From NCBI RefSeq assembly GCF_037042905.1, contig NC_087248.1, forward strand, positions 13,330,001 to 13,394,000: 64,000 nucleotides of DNA, written 5' to 3'. The notes below the pieces were generated by a model. The model did no database searches, had not been told where the DNA came from, and worked only from the letters and a program-made list of their open reading frames with translations. The stretch is from Lytechinus pictus (taxonomy: Eukaryota). This document shows positions 1-14,500 of this stretch, piece after piece. The translations under genes and the position numbers were made by a program. The first letter of the stretch is position 1; every line of letters starts with the position of its first letter.

Positions 1-110
1 AGAACATCATAAAATAAAGCAATATACTACTATTTGAGTGCATGAAAGTGACATGATCACTTTCCAGAATAAACAATCGTTACAAAGTTAATAATCTCAT
101 ATATACTCAC

Positions 111-200
111 TGTTGGAAAATGTAGTATTTGAGGAGATAAAGTTGTCGATTTGGAACCACAAATGACAAGATCGGCACACCGGTTCTTTACTACGCAATT
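111..200 (-). other. Possible first (5'UTR) exon of a minus-strand gene continuing off the left edge
   Basis: Consensus donor GTGAGT on the minus strand (plus actcac at 105-110) next to CpG-containing unique sequence; no ATG seen. Confidence 0.3.
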
Positions 201-777
201 TCCCTAAATTCCCTACGACGTCTTCGTGGGTTTCGTACCAGTCTCTTATTTCTATTGTGAGTTTAAAACAGCACAGATATCAGCTGCTACAATGAGATTG
301 TCAATTTACAAACTACTGGTTAAAAAGTCTAACACTGGCAAAATACCCCCAAATCCGCCTCCGAGCTCCCACACGTCTTCTTTGAAGGGGGGGGGGGGGG
401 GGTTAATTGTTCTGTCCCCTTTTTTATTCAGGAGAAATGGTGCATGATGACTGATAACACTTGCCACTGTATCACGAAAACTTTCAGAGTGAGGGAGGTT
501 GAGTTTAATTTAAAATATATCAAACGGCACGTAAACGGCAAGTAAATTTCGTCTTTTCTCTTTAATTCTTCTTCTTGATGTCCTTCTTCTTTTTCTTCAT
601 CTTCTTCTTCTTCTTAAATCTTCTTTTTTATTTTCTTCTTTTCTTCTTCAATGCATATATCATCTCCATATCTTGTTTATTGCTAATAGTAAATTCTGAT
701 TTTTGTTTTTCTTTGTTTTCATCACGTAAATAGTATAATTTTACCATTTTATTATCGTAATTATATATACATGTCGA

Positions 778-1089
778 CAGTGGCGTATCTTGGATTTTCC
801 ACAGGGGGGGGGGGGCAAAACCGTCCGCCAAAAAATTTGACAAGCAAAAAAAAAAAAGGTCTTCAATCACAAATGAAGGATTTCGTACCAGAAAAAAATT
901 TGACAAGCAAAAAAAAAAAAGGTCTTCAATCACAAATGAAGGATTTCGTACCAGAAAAAAATTTGACAAGCAATAAAAAAAAAAATCTTCAAGCTCGTCA
1001 GGGGGGGCAGGGATACGTCCTTTGCATGGGTTGTGGCTCGTTAGGGGGCAGACTGCCCCCTCTGCCCCCCCCCCGTAGGTACGCTAGTG
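778..1089. mobile_element. hAT-like MITE with an internal ~62-bp tandem repeat
   Basis: TIR CAGTGGCGTATCT / AGGTACGCTAGTG; 8-bp TSD catgtcga (770-777) vs catgtcaa (1090-1097); about 2.5 copies of aaaaaatttgacaagc...gatttcgtaccag at ~831-990. Confidence 0.75.
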
Positions 1090-1096
1090 CATGTCA

Positions 1097-1998
1097 ATGA
1101 ATGCGAGCGCGGAGCGCAAGCTGAAAAATATTGATCATTAATCGGACATGAAAAGGGAACATTTAAAAAGATCCTTTTTAGGAAATCATAAAATATGAAA
1201 GGGATCTCATTAAACGGGAAGTTCACCCTGAAGAAAAGTTTGTTGTAAAAATAGCAGAAAAATATTGTTAAAAAAATATTGGTGAAGGTGAGCAAATAAT
1301 GTAAGCTGGATGATATATATATTTTTTTTATATATGCTTACCTGAAAGGGGAAAATGTTAATGAGTATTCTTATGAATTCATGAACTTTCTATACGTATA
1401 TCATCGGCGTAATGTGAGCGCGAAGCTGATTTTTTTTAATATATCCTCACCTAAAAACGGACATACTTTAATGAATATTTGTAAAAATTAATGAAGATCG
1501 AGGGTTTGTATATCCTTTATCAAATCAGGGCGTGATTATCTTTGACAATTAAACCAGAAAAATATGTATTTCAGAACTGTTTTGTAAGAATTAATGAGGG
1601 TAGGACCTAACGTATGAAAATACTAACCCGCAGCTAGAGCTAAAGAGTTATGATATATGTTTGGGAAAAAAAGGAATACTTTAAGCACTGTTTCAGTGTT
1701 GGAATTTTTGAAAAGAATAAGTATATCACTAATCAAAAGTTGATACGAATATTCATCCCTGGGTAAAAACATGCAAAATACATTTTCTAAATGAGTTGCA
1801 AACTCCATTACCATGATAGGACGGGGGTATTAATCACCTTCAGAGGTATTCATTTTCTGTGCCATTTTTCCTTTGCCTTTTTGTTGTACTTTTTTCTTTT
1901 CTTTTCGTTATTTGCGCCCCTTTCCCTTTTTTGCGCCCCCTGAGAGTAGCGCACGGGGGACATACCCCCTTGCCCCTCCCTATATAGATACGCCACTG
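1097..1998. repeat. Degenerate repeat family built of GCGAGCGCGAAGCGCGAGC-type units, ending in a hAT-like TIR
   Basis: aatgcgagcgcggagcgcaagctg units; terminal AGATACGCCACTG at 1986-1998; the same family occurs at ~52190-53510. Confidence 0.55.
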
Positions 1999-2163
1999 TG
2001 TGCAAGCCTTTTATGCTACTACTGTATACATATGTTATGGTGACTTGCCAAATAAAATCAATGAATCAATCAACCAACCAACCAATCAATCAATCCATTC
2101 ATTCAATCAATCAATCGAGCTTGGGCTTCAGATATGTCAGTTTTAAAGGATTCCCGTACTTTA

Positions 2164-2277
2164 CACAGTAAAAAAATAGCACATTGTTGAAATGTCACTC
2201 TAACAGCAAGTTGTAGTTTAAACTTAATTTTTTTTTTAAAGTTTAAACAGTAGTTTATAATTAGTCTTTTTACAGTG
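2164..2277. mobile_element. Short CAC(A/T)G-terminal MITE (CACTA/EnSpm-like), TA flanks
   Basis: ta|CACAGTAAAAA ... TTTTTACAGTG|ta. Confidence 0.6.
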
Positions 2278-3890
2278 TAGCTCATCAACAATTTGGCTCA
2301 ACCCTACCACTCACATTGCTATATTCCCCTAGGGGCGGGAGCAAACAAAAATAAATGAAAAAATTACATGCACTTGTATTCGAAGTTTTGGCTGTTTTCT
2401 CATGGTGGAATCCCCCCCCCCCCCCCAAAAAAAAAAAAAAAAAAAAAAAACCCAAAACAATAATAATAACACCCGGTATCCATTGATAAAGTACATCCAT
2501 AACACTCATAAAATAACATTGAAGTCAACGAACGTTCATTAATTTGGTTTTTTGTAATTTATGCTAGTTCATAAAAAAATGCGTCAAGAAAAATTATTAT
2601 TACATTCTTCCAAATTAGATAGATGGGGTTCTTGTTTCAGGACCACGAAAGAAAGGGGAAAGGAAAGAAAGTGAAACAGAAAAGTGAGATGTATTGACTT
2701 TCTGTCAGTGTCATAGTCTATCAAAAAAGGTTAATCTTTTTTGTATAAAAGGGTCCAAATATTTGTTAGCCCGCTTCTCTCGCTGGTATCTTTTTAGAAC
2801 TCTTGCTCCATCCGCCAGTATCTGCACGGCCCCCTCAATAATGGCTCATTACGTCACTTAAATTTATGTGCTAAATTACCATATCATATAGTATCCAGCC
2901 TGCATTAATATACACATTATTTACAACTATAAAAAGAAAAATAAATGATGTGATTTTAAAGACTACAAGGGATTTAGTTATGACGACCCAATCACGACTC
3001 CCCGTTCATTTCACCCATAATTTTGTTGGACTTTTTAGTTCGATGTTATTAATGATTATTTACACTCCATGAGTTTCGTAAAATACGTTTTGTTTGTAGC
3101 TTATAACATTATGAAATAGATTATGAATGCAACGAAATTGACAACTTTTGCTTTATTAGTCTGTCATAATTATATGGAAGATAATTTTATTCTTCTGTTC
3201 TCATGCACATCGAACAGATTTGAGCAGGCCCTATCAGGTTCATATTTAGAATGGTATTCAATTAAACCTGACCAGAGTATAAGATTTTGGTTTAATAATA
3301 ATAAAGCCAGATATGAGTGAATTATATAGCAAATAAAATGTCACATGGGGGTGAAATAGGTTTCTTGAAGAGGAAGTTCACCTCAAACAGTAATAATTAT
3401 TCAACACTATTTGAAAAATGGGCGTGTGTGGGACACTTAAAAAAAACAAAAATGCACATGTGGTCATGGTCGTATATATCTAGAGTCGATGAGGGAGTCA
3501 CCTCATGACCGTTAAGATTTACAATGTGCCCTCATAAAAATCTCATTCACGCGGTGGGGGCCAGTCAAATAATTATATTGCTGTATCCATGCGTGACCAC
3601 CCCCCCCCCAAAAAAAAAAAAACGCGTTAAAGGGATGTTTTTTCAGTTTTTGGACGCGGGCCGCTCGTTAAGGGTATCAAAAACACAGATTTAAAAAAAG
3701 AAGAAGGTGGTATTGAAAGACTGGTCAATGGTCAATCGCGGGGTCGAACGTATTTAGGGAATGTTTTCCCCCCAAGCTATTTCCCCAGGGCTTTGTTTCT
3801 GAAAAGTGTTCGGGTTCTTCCCTATAACTGCACTGGCGGACATGCAATACCCATAATGAATATAGTTTTGTCTATTCAAGCTAATTGTTA

Positions 3891-4725
3891 CACTGTAAAA
3901 AAAAATTAGTAGAAATTACTTAATAAAATTGTGGCAAAAAATTGCCTTAATTTTTTCAAGTATTTATGACTTTGGCAGTTTTAAGTAAAATTTACTTATT
4001 TTCTTTGCTTCCATTTTACTCAAGAAAATTAAGTTACAATAACTTAATTCAATTAAGTAAAACAATCACTAAAATATTTGAAAATATCAAATGGGGGAGT
4101 GGATGGACTTTCGTGATTCGAAAGTCCGCTCCCCCATCGTCCCACTTTTGGTGGCATCATTTTCATTTTATACATGTTTTATCCAAATATTAGACTTTGT
4201 GAATTGTCACTTACCTGTACATGTATAGGTACTGACATTGATATTTATACGCGATCGTTTCATTCTTACAAATAAAACAATGAGAATAATTTTCTGCTAA
4301 ATGACTATTTAATGTTGCCTTTTCTTTGATTCAACAAAATAATACAATAGTTAGCACACCCTTATCCAAAACAATTTCAAACACAAATAGAAATGACAGT
4401 TATTAAAAAAAAAACATTTACTTGCTCTAATGAATATTCATGCATTATTTAAATATGGCGTTAATTGAAAATATAAGTACATTCAACATGATTTTATAAG
4501 TAATAATCATCTTTGCCTAATTGAGTTAGATTTACTCAATCAAAGCAAGCTATCAATACGTGAATTTTCTTAAATGTATATTGAACCCAAATAAATCAAG
4601 TAAATCAAGTAAATTAAAAGACAAGTTGAAACTACTTAAAAACAACGAAAAATAATTACAAATTGTAAATTCTACTTAAATACATTAAGTGTTAACTACT
4701 GATTCAATGTTTTTTTTTTACAGTG
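3891..4725. mobile_element. CACTG-terminal non-autonomous DNA transposon with TA TSD, apparently nested in an older element (~3550-4883)
   Basis: ta|CACTGTAAAAAAAAA ... TTTTTTTTTACAGTG|ta. The outer element is bounded by gggggccagtcaaat (~3556) and attgactgccccccggg (~4867-4883). Confidence 0.65.
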
Positions 4726-5536
4726 TAGAAAATAGACAAAACTTGTTTAGGGACCAAAATGTGTAAATGAAGCCCGCGAAAAACTTGTTTAGAAGTTGTT
4801 TTGCACACAGAGAAAATCTCGTTTAGGGGGTGTTTGGGAATAATTTGGTCAAGCATGTGTACATTAATTGACTGCCCCCCGGGCATTCGCGGCACACACT
4901 TGGATACAAGGTTCTCCTACAAAAAGAAATTTGGGTCTTTTACAATCTTTGAAAAAGATGTAAACGGCCCAAAAAAATTTGCGAAAATTGTTGACACACT
5001 GAACCCCCTCCCCTCCCCAAAAGGTGATCCCTGTATGGATGTTTGTTCCCATCCAGAATTTCTTCCATTGCGCCTCAATAAAAATGTAAAGAAATAAAGC
5101 ATAAGTTATGAAGCAATTTATTTTCCTGTCTATTTCTTGTGAGAAATCAAAATCACTACAGGCCCTAAATTTTCAGCAGAGAAAGAAAAAAAAATCGTTC
5201 TGCTCTTCCTACCACTCATTGCTTTTTATATTTTATTCTAATTTCCCTATTTCTCCCCCCCCCTTTTTCTTGGGGGGGGGGGTATGGAGTGGTAAAATTT
5301 GTACGACCCATTTTGAGGGAGTCGAACAAGTCGAATACCCCCTCCCCCATTTTGATTACGCGATAGGCTTAGGGCCTTGATTTTTAGTGGTCTAGCGCCA
5401 TCTGTAGTTGAGTCATTCAAATTGTTTGTGCGCGGTAGCTGAAATCAACTTCTGATTTCGTGGAGATTTACATCTTACAACTTACAAGCTGGATGCGAAA
5501 TCAAGATAGAGTATTCTGCTGACAGTTTCACTTTCA

Positions 5537-8500
5537 ATGAATTCTATGGATAGATATTCAACATATGCTTCGGTAATGATTTTGTACATTTTGCAAATTT
5601 TCAGCTTCCATTTTTTGTATACGGTCCGAGACGTGCCATTTTGTGTTAGTCATTGCTGGGTAAATGTTGACTGCCAATTTACTTTGTTTTTAGACAGATA
5701 TTTTGGGCCTTATGTTACCATTGTAACTTGATATAAAAAAGTGGTCTACCTTTACCAAATTATAAAGCTTTATTGATATAACTTATAAATTATATTTACA
5801 AAAAAGAAAGAAAGTTTACTGGAAAAAAAAAAAAATCACAACTTCAAATTCAAGAATCAAGTTTAAGATTTTTTGGCCGATTTTTTTGTGGTCAAGATTA
5901 ATCGAGACAGTCTGTCGACTGTCCATCATGACATGATCATCTTTTCTTGATCATGTCTGAGTCAGTGTTAATTGTTGGGAATCAGCTCCGAGGAGCTAAA
6001 ATAAAGGAAAACTGCCATTGACATTACAATGCAAAATCCCCCGACGGGGCTCATAGTATAGTGAGTGATGGTATTACCGACCGGCCTTGTATTACCGAAC
6101 GCGCGCATCGTACGCGTCAGAAAATAATTTCATACGCTCAATTCTTTGCAACATCCTTCCAAAGGGAACTTGAATAAAAAGATGATGAAAAATGGTCAAA
6201 AACACATTTTCAAAGTCTTAATATTCTAAAAATAATAAAATATGGTCAAAATAGCTCATCAGTGATTTTGTTTTCTCAACTTTTCCCATAGAAAACACAC
6301 GTTCGGTAATACGATACCTTTTTCAAGTGACCAAAATATTTCACATTCGGAAAGGGGTCCGATTGGAAGCTAATATCGTCAAAAAGAAAAACGATTTAGT
6401 CAAATTTTTTACATATTTATATTTTGTAGGTAATTGTGCATTTATGGTTAAAGTTTGGTGAATTTTATGAGAATAATGTTTTTGATATGATTGAATTCAT
6501 GAAAAGTGTTCGGTAATACGATCCACTACCATACTAATTACTAGATTTTTGTCTTTATTTCATAAAAATATATAAACAGAACTGGGGTCTGGGCCAAGAT
6601 TATTATTCCGATTTGGCCTGAAATGCACCAAAAATGGGAAAAAATAAACTTAAAAGCGGAAAAAACAGTGACTTCGGGTGTCGCACAACTCCCAAACTTA
6701 ATACATAAACGTATGGCCATCAAGTTAGAACTTCGGTCTCTGTAATTGGTGAGTGGAGCCAACGGAATTCAGCAGAACAACCAATAAAACAGAGATCGAA
6801 GCTTTGGGTCTAATTCGCATCCAGCCAGCAATGGCCAAAATATTATTCAGTTTGCTGTTGCTTTAATTCGTTTGAGCTGAAATTGAAAAAGAAATTGCAT
6901 TTCCATCAGAAAGATGATTTTGCCATTGCTATTGATTAACCATTGTTTGATTTGTTGCCCAATTATAATCACAAACAATTTCTGAATAGGTGGCTGTATA
7001 TTATGAGTTTACTTTAAAACAGGGAAAGACTACCATATGTACCGGTACCCCCACTAAAACAACAAAAGATTGTCAATGTCAATTGTCATGATTGTCAAGA
7101 CTTCCGGTTCAGATTTCTCTGGATTTTTTTTAGTGTTGCTTACCTTGCTTGGGACTCGAAGTCACCTCATTGTAACTTCAATCAAGACCTTTCCTGTTAT
7201 TATGCTAGTGAAAAATGCTGATACTGGAAGGGATATTTTAGTGATCATGAGTCGATAGTTTGACTAGTCTAGTCTTACAGACCCTTGGCTTTACTGAATA
7301 AATAATCCATTGTCTATGGACAGTTACACGCACTGAAAATTTGATGGAATAAAGCCATATTTTGGTATGTATTTCCATTCATTCTCCCATCATATATGTT
7401 CTATTTTAGGGCTTGATATATTATTTTGAACCTTCTCCATATTTTTATTTTCAATTTTAGTGGCATGAGTGGGGGTTACGTATGGAAGTCTTTTTCGTTT
7501 GATTATGATATTCTGGAATCTGGATTATGATATTGTCACATATTGTTGTTTAAGGACTAGTAATTTAACTCGAAGGAACGGTCGGAATCACTATAGGATC
7601 ACCTACTTCTTCCGTTTAATGATGATGATGACTTTAAAATTGACATAATCAAATTTATGTATTGGGAAGGAGTTCCCTTTAAGTTTGAGACAACCATTCA
7701 AATTGATCAATATTGATTAACTAGCCATTAGCCAACATTCTAAAAAGGGACATTTAACTTTTTATTTATTTTTACGAACAATGATTATGAGTGACATCGC
7801 AAGATAAATATTCAGTGTGAGATAATTTCCAATACCTCGGACTATATCTTTTGGTTGTGCTTGCTTCCATGTTTACTAGAATTCCTCACCATGATGCATT
7901 GCATTCATTAACCATAAAGGCATTTGTGTTGATTATGTTTTGTGTGTTTTATAGGCTTTGCTTTGTGCATTTTGAGACTGCAACTTGTTTAGTTGCACAT
8001 GTAGACACAGGGTGAACAAAGGAAAATCACCATAAAAATTAATGCACAATTTCTAAAACGCACATGAACACCTGCATTGACTGCTGGGAAATTGACATAC
8101 CATGTTTTCAATTTGATTGCTCCTACATTATTAAAGTTTATTGCCACATGCATAGTATAGGCATTGCAAAGACTACATGTACACTATGTAGCAATTGATT
8201 AAGGAAGGATATCACAAAGCTAAAGGAGATGGAGAAGGATGGAGGAATAGGAGAAGAGGCGAAGGGGTCTTTAAAAGGCTGAATAATGATGCAGCATCAA
8301 CATCAATTTTTGGTTCCTGAAGTTCAACATTACTGAATTTCAGTTGCTAGATGCAATATGTGAACATTTAAAGTTCCTTATTTGATTCTCAAAATATCTC
8401 TTCCCTTTGCAAGACGTCAACTAGGAGACCAGATGGAGTAGGTGGTCTGGCATCGCCCTATGGCAAAACTACAGGTACACTCGGAGGGATGGACGGCAGG

Positions 8501-11500
8501 ATGCCAGGAGATGATATTTCCTTCAACGTGGAGTCTGTATCTTCATACCAGGACTACCCAACAGCCAGGCCGCTCCTGGGGGATCAGATCGCCAGGAGGA
8601 AGCACCCAGAGCAGGTGCGAGCTGTCCCAGAAAGCAACAGCAGAGGTGAGAGATGCATGTGTCCACACTTTCCTTAGGCTTAGAGTTGTTTCATACATAT
8701 GCACAATTGTATGTATGACTGGTTTCCTGTAAAGCCAGTCACTGGTGGCCTGATTCACCTCATGCTCACTTGAGCCCATGTCTTTCTAAGTAGGAATGTA
8801 GGATCAAATTATAATACTTAATCAAGCTGGACAAATTATTAAATTCTTGTGCAATGCTCTTATCCTTGAAGAATGAGTTTGAATTTAGCCGATAGGAATG
8901 GAAATTTCTGACGAAGTCTAGCAGCTTGCAGACGAAACGTCGCTTTCCCACTACGTTTGCTACATCGTGAGACAACTGGTTATTTCCTCTACTCAACCCT
9001 TCACCACGATGAACCTCTTCCACATCATCAGAAATGGAAATGTTGGAGAATCTAATAGCACCCAAGAAAGAGTTACCATTTAGGTGTACAGTCTCGCTGT
9101 TCAATTTTTAAGTTTATATTTTGTTTTATTTATTTCTTCATTATCCATCTTTCGCAGCGGTGGTGTCTGCATTGAGGGGCTTGCAGGAAAAGATCCGTAA
9201 GCTGGAGCTAGAGAGAGCCCAGGCAGAGACCAACCTGAAATCCCTATCCAAAGAAACCAGCCAGTACAGACAAACCTTACAGGAGCCTACAGCCACCAAG
9301 AGGAGAACGCAGAAGGAGACACAGACAGCTCGGGATGTACAAGGTATAGATCCACGAACTAGTTACAGATTGATGTCGGGTTCATTTTTGACAATCGGCA
9401 TTGTTGTTGGACCAATTGTTAGACCGTTCGCAGAACTGAATGAGGCCGTATGTTTGGAATGACATCACTGGTTCTTGAGCTATAAATTATGCGATTAGTA
9501 TCACTTTTGTAAACATACATACAATGTTGGCGCTAGGTAAGGCAGCATGATTAAAAAATTTGGCACACATCTACTAGGCAAGTGATTTATCTCGTAGGAA
9601 AATGTACTGTTTTTAGGCAGATTGTGAAGAAACAGGTTTATTTCTTTTCAAAAGCATTTATGAATATGTACATTATTTTGCGATTTTAAATCCCAAAGAG
9701 AAAATGATTATTGATAATTCTTGTTGCATTGTTTGTTGTTTTTAAAAGTTACTATCCATGAAATTGTCTCTTATTGGAAAACACACTAAATGCACTCAAA
9801 GTCCTTGATATAATTTTCACAGAGGTGCAGAGCCAACTATCTGGTGCCGACCAGCGCATACCGCTGCTTGAGAAACAGCTGGAGTACATGCGGAGGATGG
9901 TGCAGAGCGCTGAGAGTGATCGGCAGGCTGCACTGAGGATGGCTGAGGCGCGGAGAACGCATGACACCCTCACCCAACGAGAGGAACTGCAGAGTCAAGA
10001 AGAGAAGCTTCGGAAGCTAGAGAGGGAGTACAACCGCTTAACAGATAACCAATCAGTTTCACAGGTAATTTCACGTTAGAATACCATGGGTATTACTTGG
10101 ATCTGTAGCATTTTTCATAAAGCTGTTGTAAAGTAATGCATGACTATCAGATTGACTGTAATATTGTCAGTGATTTTACGAACCGGCTCAAACCCAATTT
10201 TCTGTCAAGTTTTGGAAATTTATTTTTCTGCATATTCTGAAGGCCCGTGATTCACTCTTTTGATTTGCCAAATTTCACATCAAAATTTGTATTCAATTTT
10301 TTTTCAAAATAGCAAAATAAAAGCAAAAAACAAGATTTTTTTTCAAAGTATGGGCAGTTTACCTTCAGTGCCTACTTGCCCCCAAAGATATTTTTTTTTG
10401 TTTCAGTAAGATTTTTCATTTTAAAAAGTTGGCTGGCATGAGTATGAGCTAAAAGTTTATCATGATATATTAATCTATGACTTTTAGATTTTGAGATATT
10501 CTAATTCATGTGAAGGCCAACAAATAATTTTGCCTGAAATTGAGATGAGGTAGTAAAAATCTTAATCAATATCTGCACATTTCAAATTCAGCTTATGTAC
10601 TGTTATTGAGACGTCCATTTGGTTTGCCATTCCATTACCATATTCTAGCGGTGGTTCAAAATTTTGGCTTACATTTACAAGCAACTTTATGAAATAGCAC
10701 CAGTGTTATTTATTTATTTTTTGTAATTGCACAGTTTAACAAACTGATATTTTGATGTCTTACAAACAGGTTCATTCATCATGAGATGATTGATGTTTTT
10801 TATAGAAGAAATTTTATCTGTAATGACAGTAGTAATAAGGATTTTTGTACTGAAAATATGTTCTTTTGTCTTCCTGTTCTATAGAGTAAAATCAGAGATT
10901 TGGAAAACAGGCTCAAGGAAGAGAGAAGGCAAAGGAAAATGCTCTTAGATCGTGAAGCAGAGGTTTGCCATTATATCTCTCACTTATCGCACTTTGCATT
11001 GTTTATACCTTGTGGTTTAGCATCCTACCTTTATGATGCATCATGTATCGATTCTCTGACAACCACCTTGGAATCTTTCTAATGATCAGATCTACTACAT
11101 TTGTATTGCTCAACTGGTCTGTTTTGAAATGTTATCCCTATTGAGTGGGCCAACATGTATATCTCGTGGAGCAAACTGTGTAGCAAACTGAAGCGTTTTG
11201 TTTATTGAATGCAGGGGTGTGAGAGTTCAGATTTGTATCTGATTTCAGATTTTTTTTCGTTTTGATTTTCAGCTTAATTTCAGCTTATTTTTGGCTTTCC
11301 TTTGTACAAAAAGTATGGGAGCTCTTTCTGTTTCAGACTTTCTACAAGTTTCAGCTTTTTTCAGATCTTTTTATTTGTGACCACTCACACCCCTTTGAAT
11401 GACAAAGTGATTATCAAATACTCAGTGAATTGAATTTGGTTATATATGTGAAGGGTGACACGATATATGCTTCTACAACATTTGCTCTGGTTTTAATATT

Positions 11501-14500
11501 TCAGAGGTTATCGGGTTAAAGTTAGGATATTAATAGAGTTTTTGGATCAGAATAAGGTACAGGTAAAGATCAGGTTTATTTAGTTATGGAGGTTAGGTTT
11601 TATGTTTGGCTTAACGTGCAGATTTTCCATTGGAGCAATTGTCGCCAGAGCGAATGTCATGGTACCTTGTCAAGTGGTGGGGGGGGGGGGTAAGTAATCT
11701 CATAGATAATATATAAAACTTAATCTCTCTCATTTTGTATGATTTTGTAAATATCTTGACCACAGTTATCCATGTTTAGCTATATTTCTGCTAACTTACA
11801 CATGGGAGGAAACCCCCCCAAAACATTAAACTTGTAATTTTACCATTAAATCTTTTTTTTTTACCCCTTACCAAATAGAGAAATGCATATATATGCCTCC
11901 TATCAGCAAAAAATCTCCAATTCTTTTCAATGTCACTTTCAGTTGAGGACTCTGGCAGAAACCAACCGCATCCTACTAGCCACAGAACAGGCCACGGAGG
12001 AGCGAAGACCTAGGAAAGTGAAGAAGAAGAGGAGAAAGGTTCCACAGCCAACTTCTCCCAGGCCTCATTGCACAGGGCAGATCCCATTTGTTGTAGGCAA
12101 GGTAAATATTATCATACAATTAGTAAAATATTAAACATGTGAAAGCTCCGTATTTCAGTTTTAACATAAAAAGCTTTTTAAATTTTTATTTGCGCCATGT
12201 AAATACATATTATACACCTGTTCATATGACCTTCCTCTTAGCATGCATACAAGTACATCTGGTGAAACTTCAGCACTGAAGGAGGCCGATTATTCCAAAG
12301 AAGATGAAGATGAAGTAGAGGAAAAAGTGGATGAACATCAATATGAATAACATCAAAGTCAACAACATCATTCACAAATGCTGTTAATTATTTGTTGTTA
12401 ATTAGAAAGAATGGTGGATATTGAAACAAATAGGAATCGTGATTTTTAAATGTTATTAAAGAGAGAGAAATATGTCAACTGTCTCTTTTGATAAACCATG
12501 TTTCTATTTTTAAGAACCAAATATGAAGACTAATTGAGACATGGCAAAACAAAATCTTTACATCTCACTTTCAGTCAACAACTCCCAGTCACTCTGTGAA
12601 TGCCAATCTCCAGAACGTACTTGCCATTCTGAAGACACACAACACAGCGTGGTGTGGCAACGGACCTCTCGCACCTCACCGACCTCAGAGTGCAAAGGTC
12701 AAAAGGTCAGCATCGGTGTCGTCATCTGCCGGCAGTGACCTATCCGACCTCGTACTTGGACTCCAGGAAGAGTTTGCCCTAATGGGACTGTAAGTTTCAT
12801 TGCACAATGTGACCCATTTTAGCAGAGCTAGAACCTGTTGATTTTAGAATTTTGTATAGAGCTAGAACCTGTTGGATTTTAGAATTTTGTATTTTCTATT
12901 TATTAGAAGTGAAGAATACATCAAAAACTGAAAGAAAAGTATTAAAAGTCTAGTTGAACATTTTTTTAGAGCAAATTCAGATTTCACACATTAATTAACA
13001 TAATCTATAAATTCACTCAATATAAAAAATAATGAATTTCCAATTATGTAGATTACATCATTCCATTAGCAACATGCACATTGATTTTCTGCACAATTGC
13101 ATGGTCACCTGTCGGGAACTGGGGATGAGGGAAGATCCCCTAGCATGGGCTTAGTAGTCTGCAGGCAGAGACCTATGGCTTTCGCATAGTGCATAATGCA
13201 GAGTCTGAAGTAGTGAGGCTACTACATTCACTTACGTGATGTGGTTGCTTCTACTTTTTATTTGAAACACACACATTGGCTCTCAGTCTAGACTCCACCC
13301 TAGACATGGTATTATTTGGAAAGTGTCAAATTCGAGTCTGTGCGTGCAGACTAAGCATCCAGAAAATCAAGATAGGCCACACCATGGCCATTTGGTTTAC
13401 AAGCAAAGATTCATATTTGACACTTTATTCAATTATACCATGTCTAGAGTAAAGACTAGACTCCAAACTCTGTGTCAGGCAGTCACATTACATAATCTAG
13501 TAATAATCACTACTTCAGACTCTGTCTTATGCACTGTATGAATAAAAAAAAAAAAAACTAGAAAGTCAAAAAGGGGCCTAAGCTTTCGATCCTAGCAGAA
13601 TCTTCGTCGGAGGCAAAATGACAAACATATAAAGTGGAACAACCATAATATAGACCACAAACAAGCTTCAGCAACACTAGAAACAAGGAGACAAAAGGGG
13701 CATTAGTGAGTAGAGAAGACCAATCAGGTTAGTGAAGAGGATGAAAGAAAAGGAGTAGGCAGACACAAAGGGAAGTTAGTGTAAGTAAGGCCAAGAGGGA
13801 TTAAGATAATGAGGCAGGCAACATCAAACAGGATCTGGAACAAAACAGTGATAGAGGGATGAATAACTAGAGAATTAGTGAGAGGTGGGTCAAACATGTT
13901 ACAAAGAAAGGCATAATAAACTGGTGCATAAGAGTGGGGGCAAAAAGGAAAAGAACGGGGAACAACTGATAATGTGCAACAGACATATAAGTATATATGA
14001 TAAAGCATTAAACAAACTAAGAGAAGAAGGTAAGTGTAAATATGTATCTATAAGTGATATGTATATAAATATATCCAAAAAAGAAATGTATATGAAAAAA
14101 TATAAATACACATATGGTGTAACTGATATTGTAATCCGCTAGGTGTGACAGGAAAAAAACATAGGACTATACAGTAGGAAAAAAAAAAAACCTGTATATG
14201 TGAAAAAGAGGAAGCAAATTGCCTAAAAAGGTAAAAGCAAATATAGAAGAGAGGGGGTGTATTATGAAGAAACCATAGTATACATGTAAATAAGCAAATG
14301 TGGTAAATCTAAAAGAGGTGAGTGGAGAAAAAAAAATATATATATAATAATTATTATATCGCCTGAATAAGGAAGGAAAAATTGGAGCTGAGCTTGTATG
14401 AGATATGGGAGGAAAGTAGAGGAAGAAACTATAATGTAACTATTCAAAAGAGCTGAGGGGAAAAATGATATGTGTATATAAATTGAAAGTGGATAGGAAA

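Noticed and set aside
628-1100. Repetitive 109-113 aa ORFs
   Set aside because: Derived from the 62-bp tandem repeat inside a MITE.
8766-9104. 112-aa minus ORF or extra CEP57 exon in intron 2
   Set aside because: No recognisable motif. All three plus frames hit stops, and the flanking exons already join into the conserved PESNSRA motif.
12820-12892. ~35-bp direct duplication in a CEP57 intron
   Set aside because: Simple local slippage duplication with no evident function.
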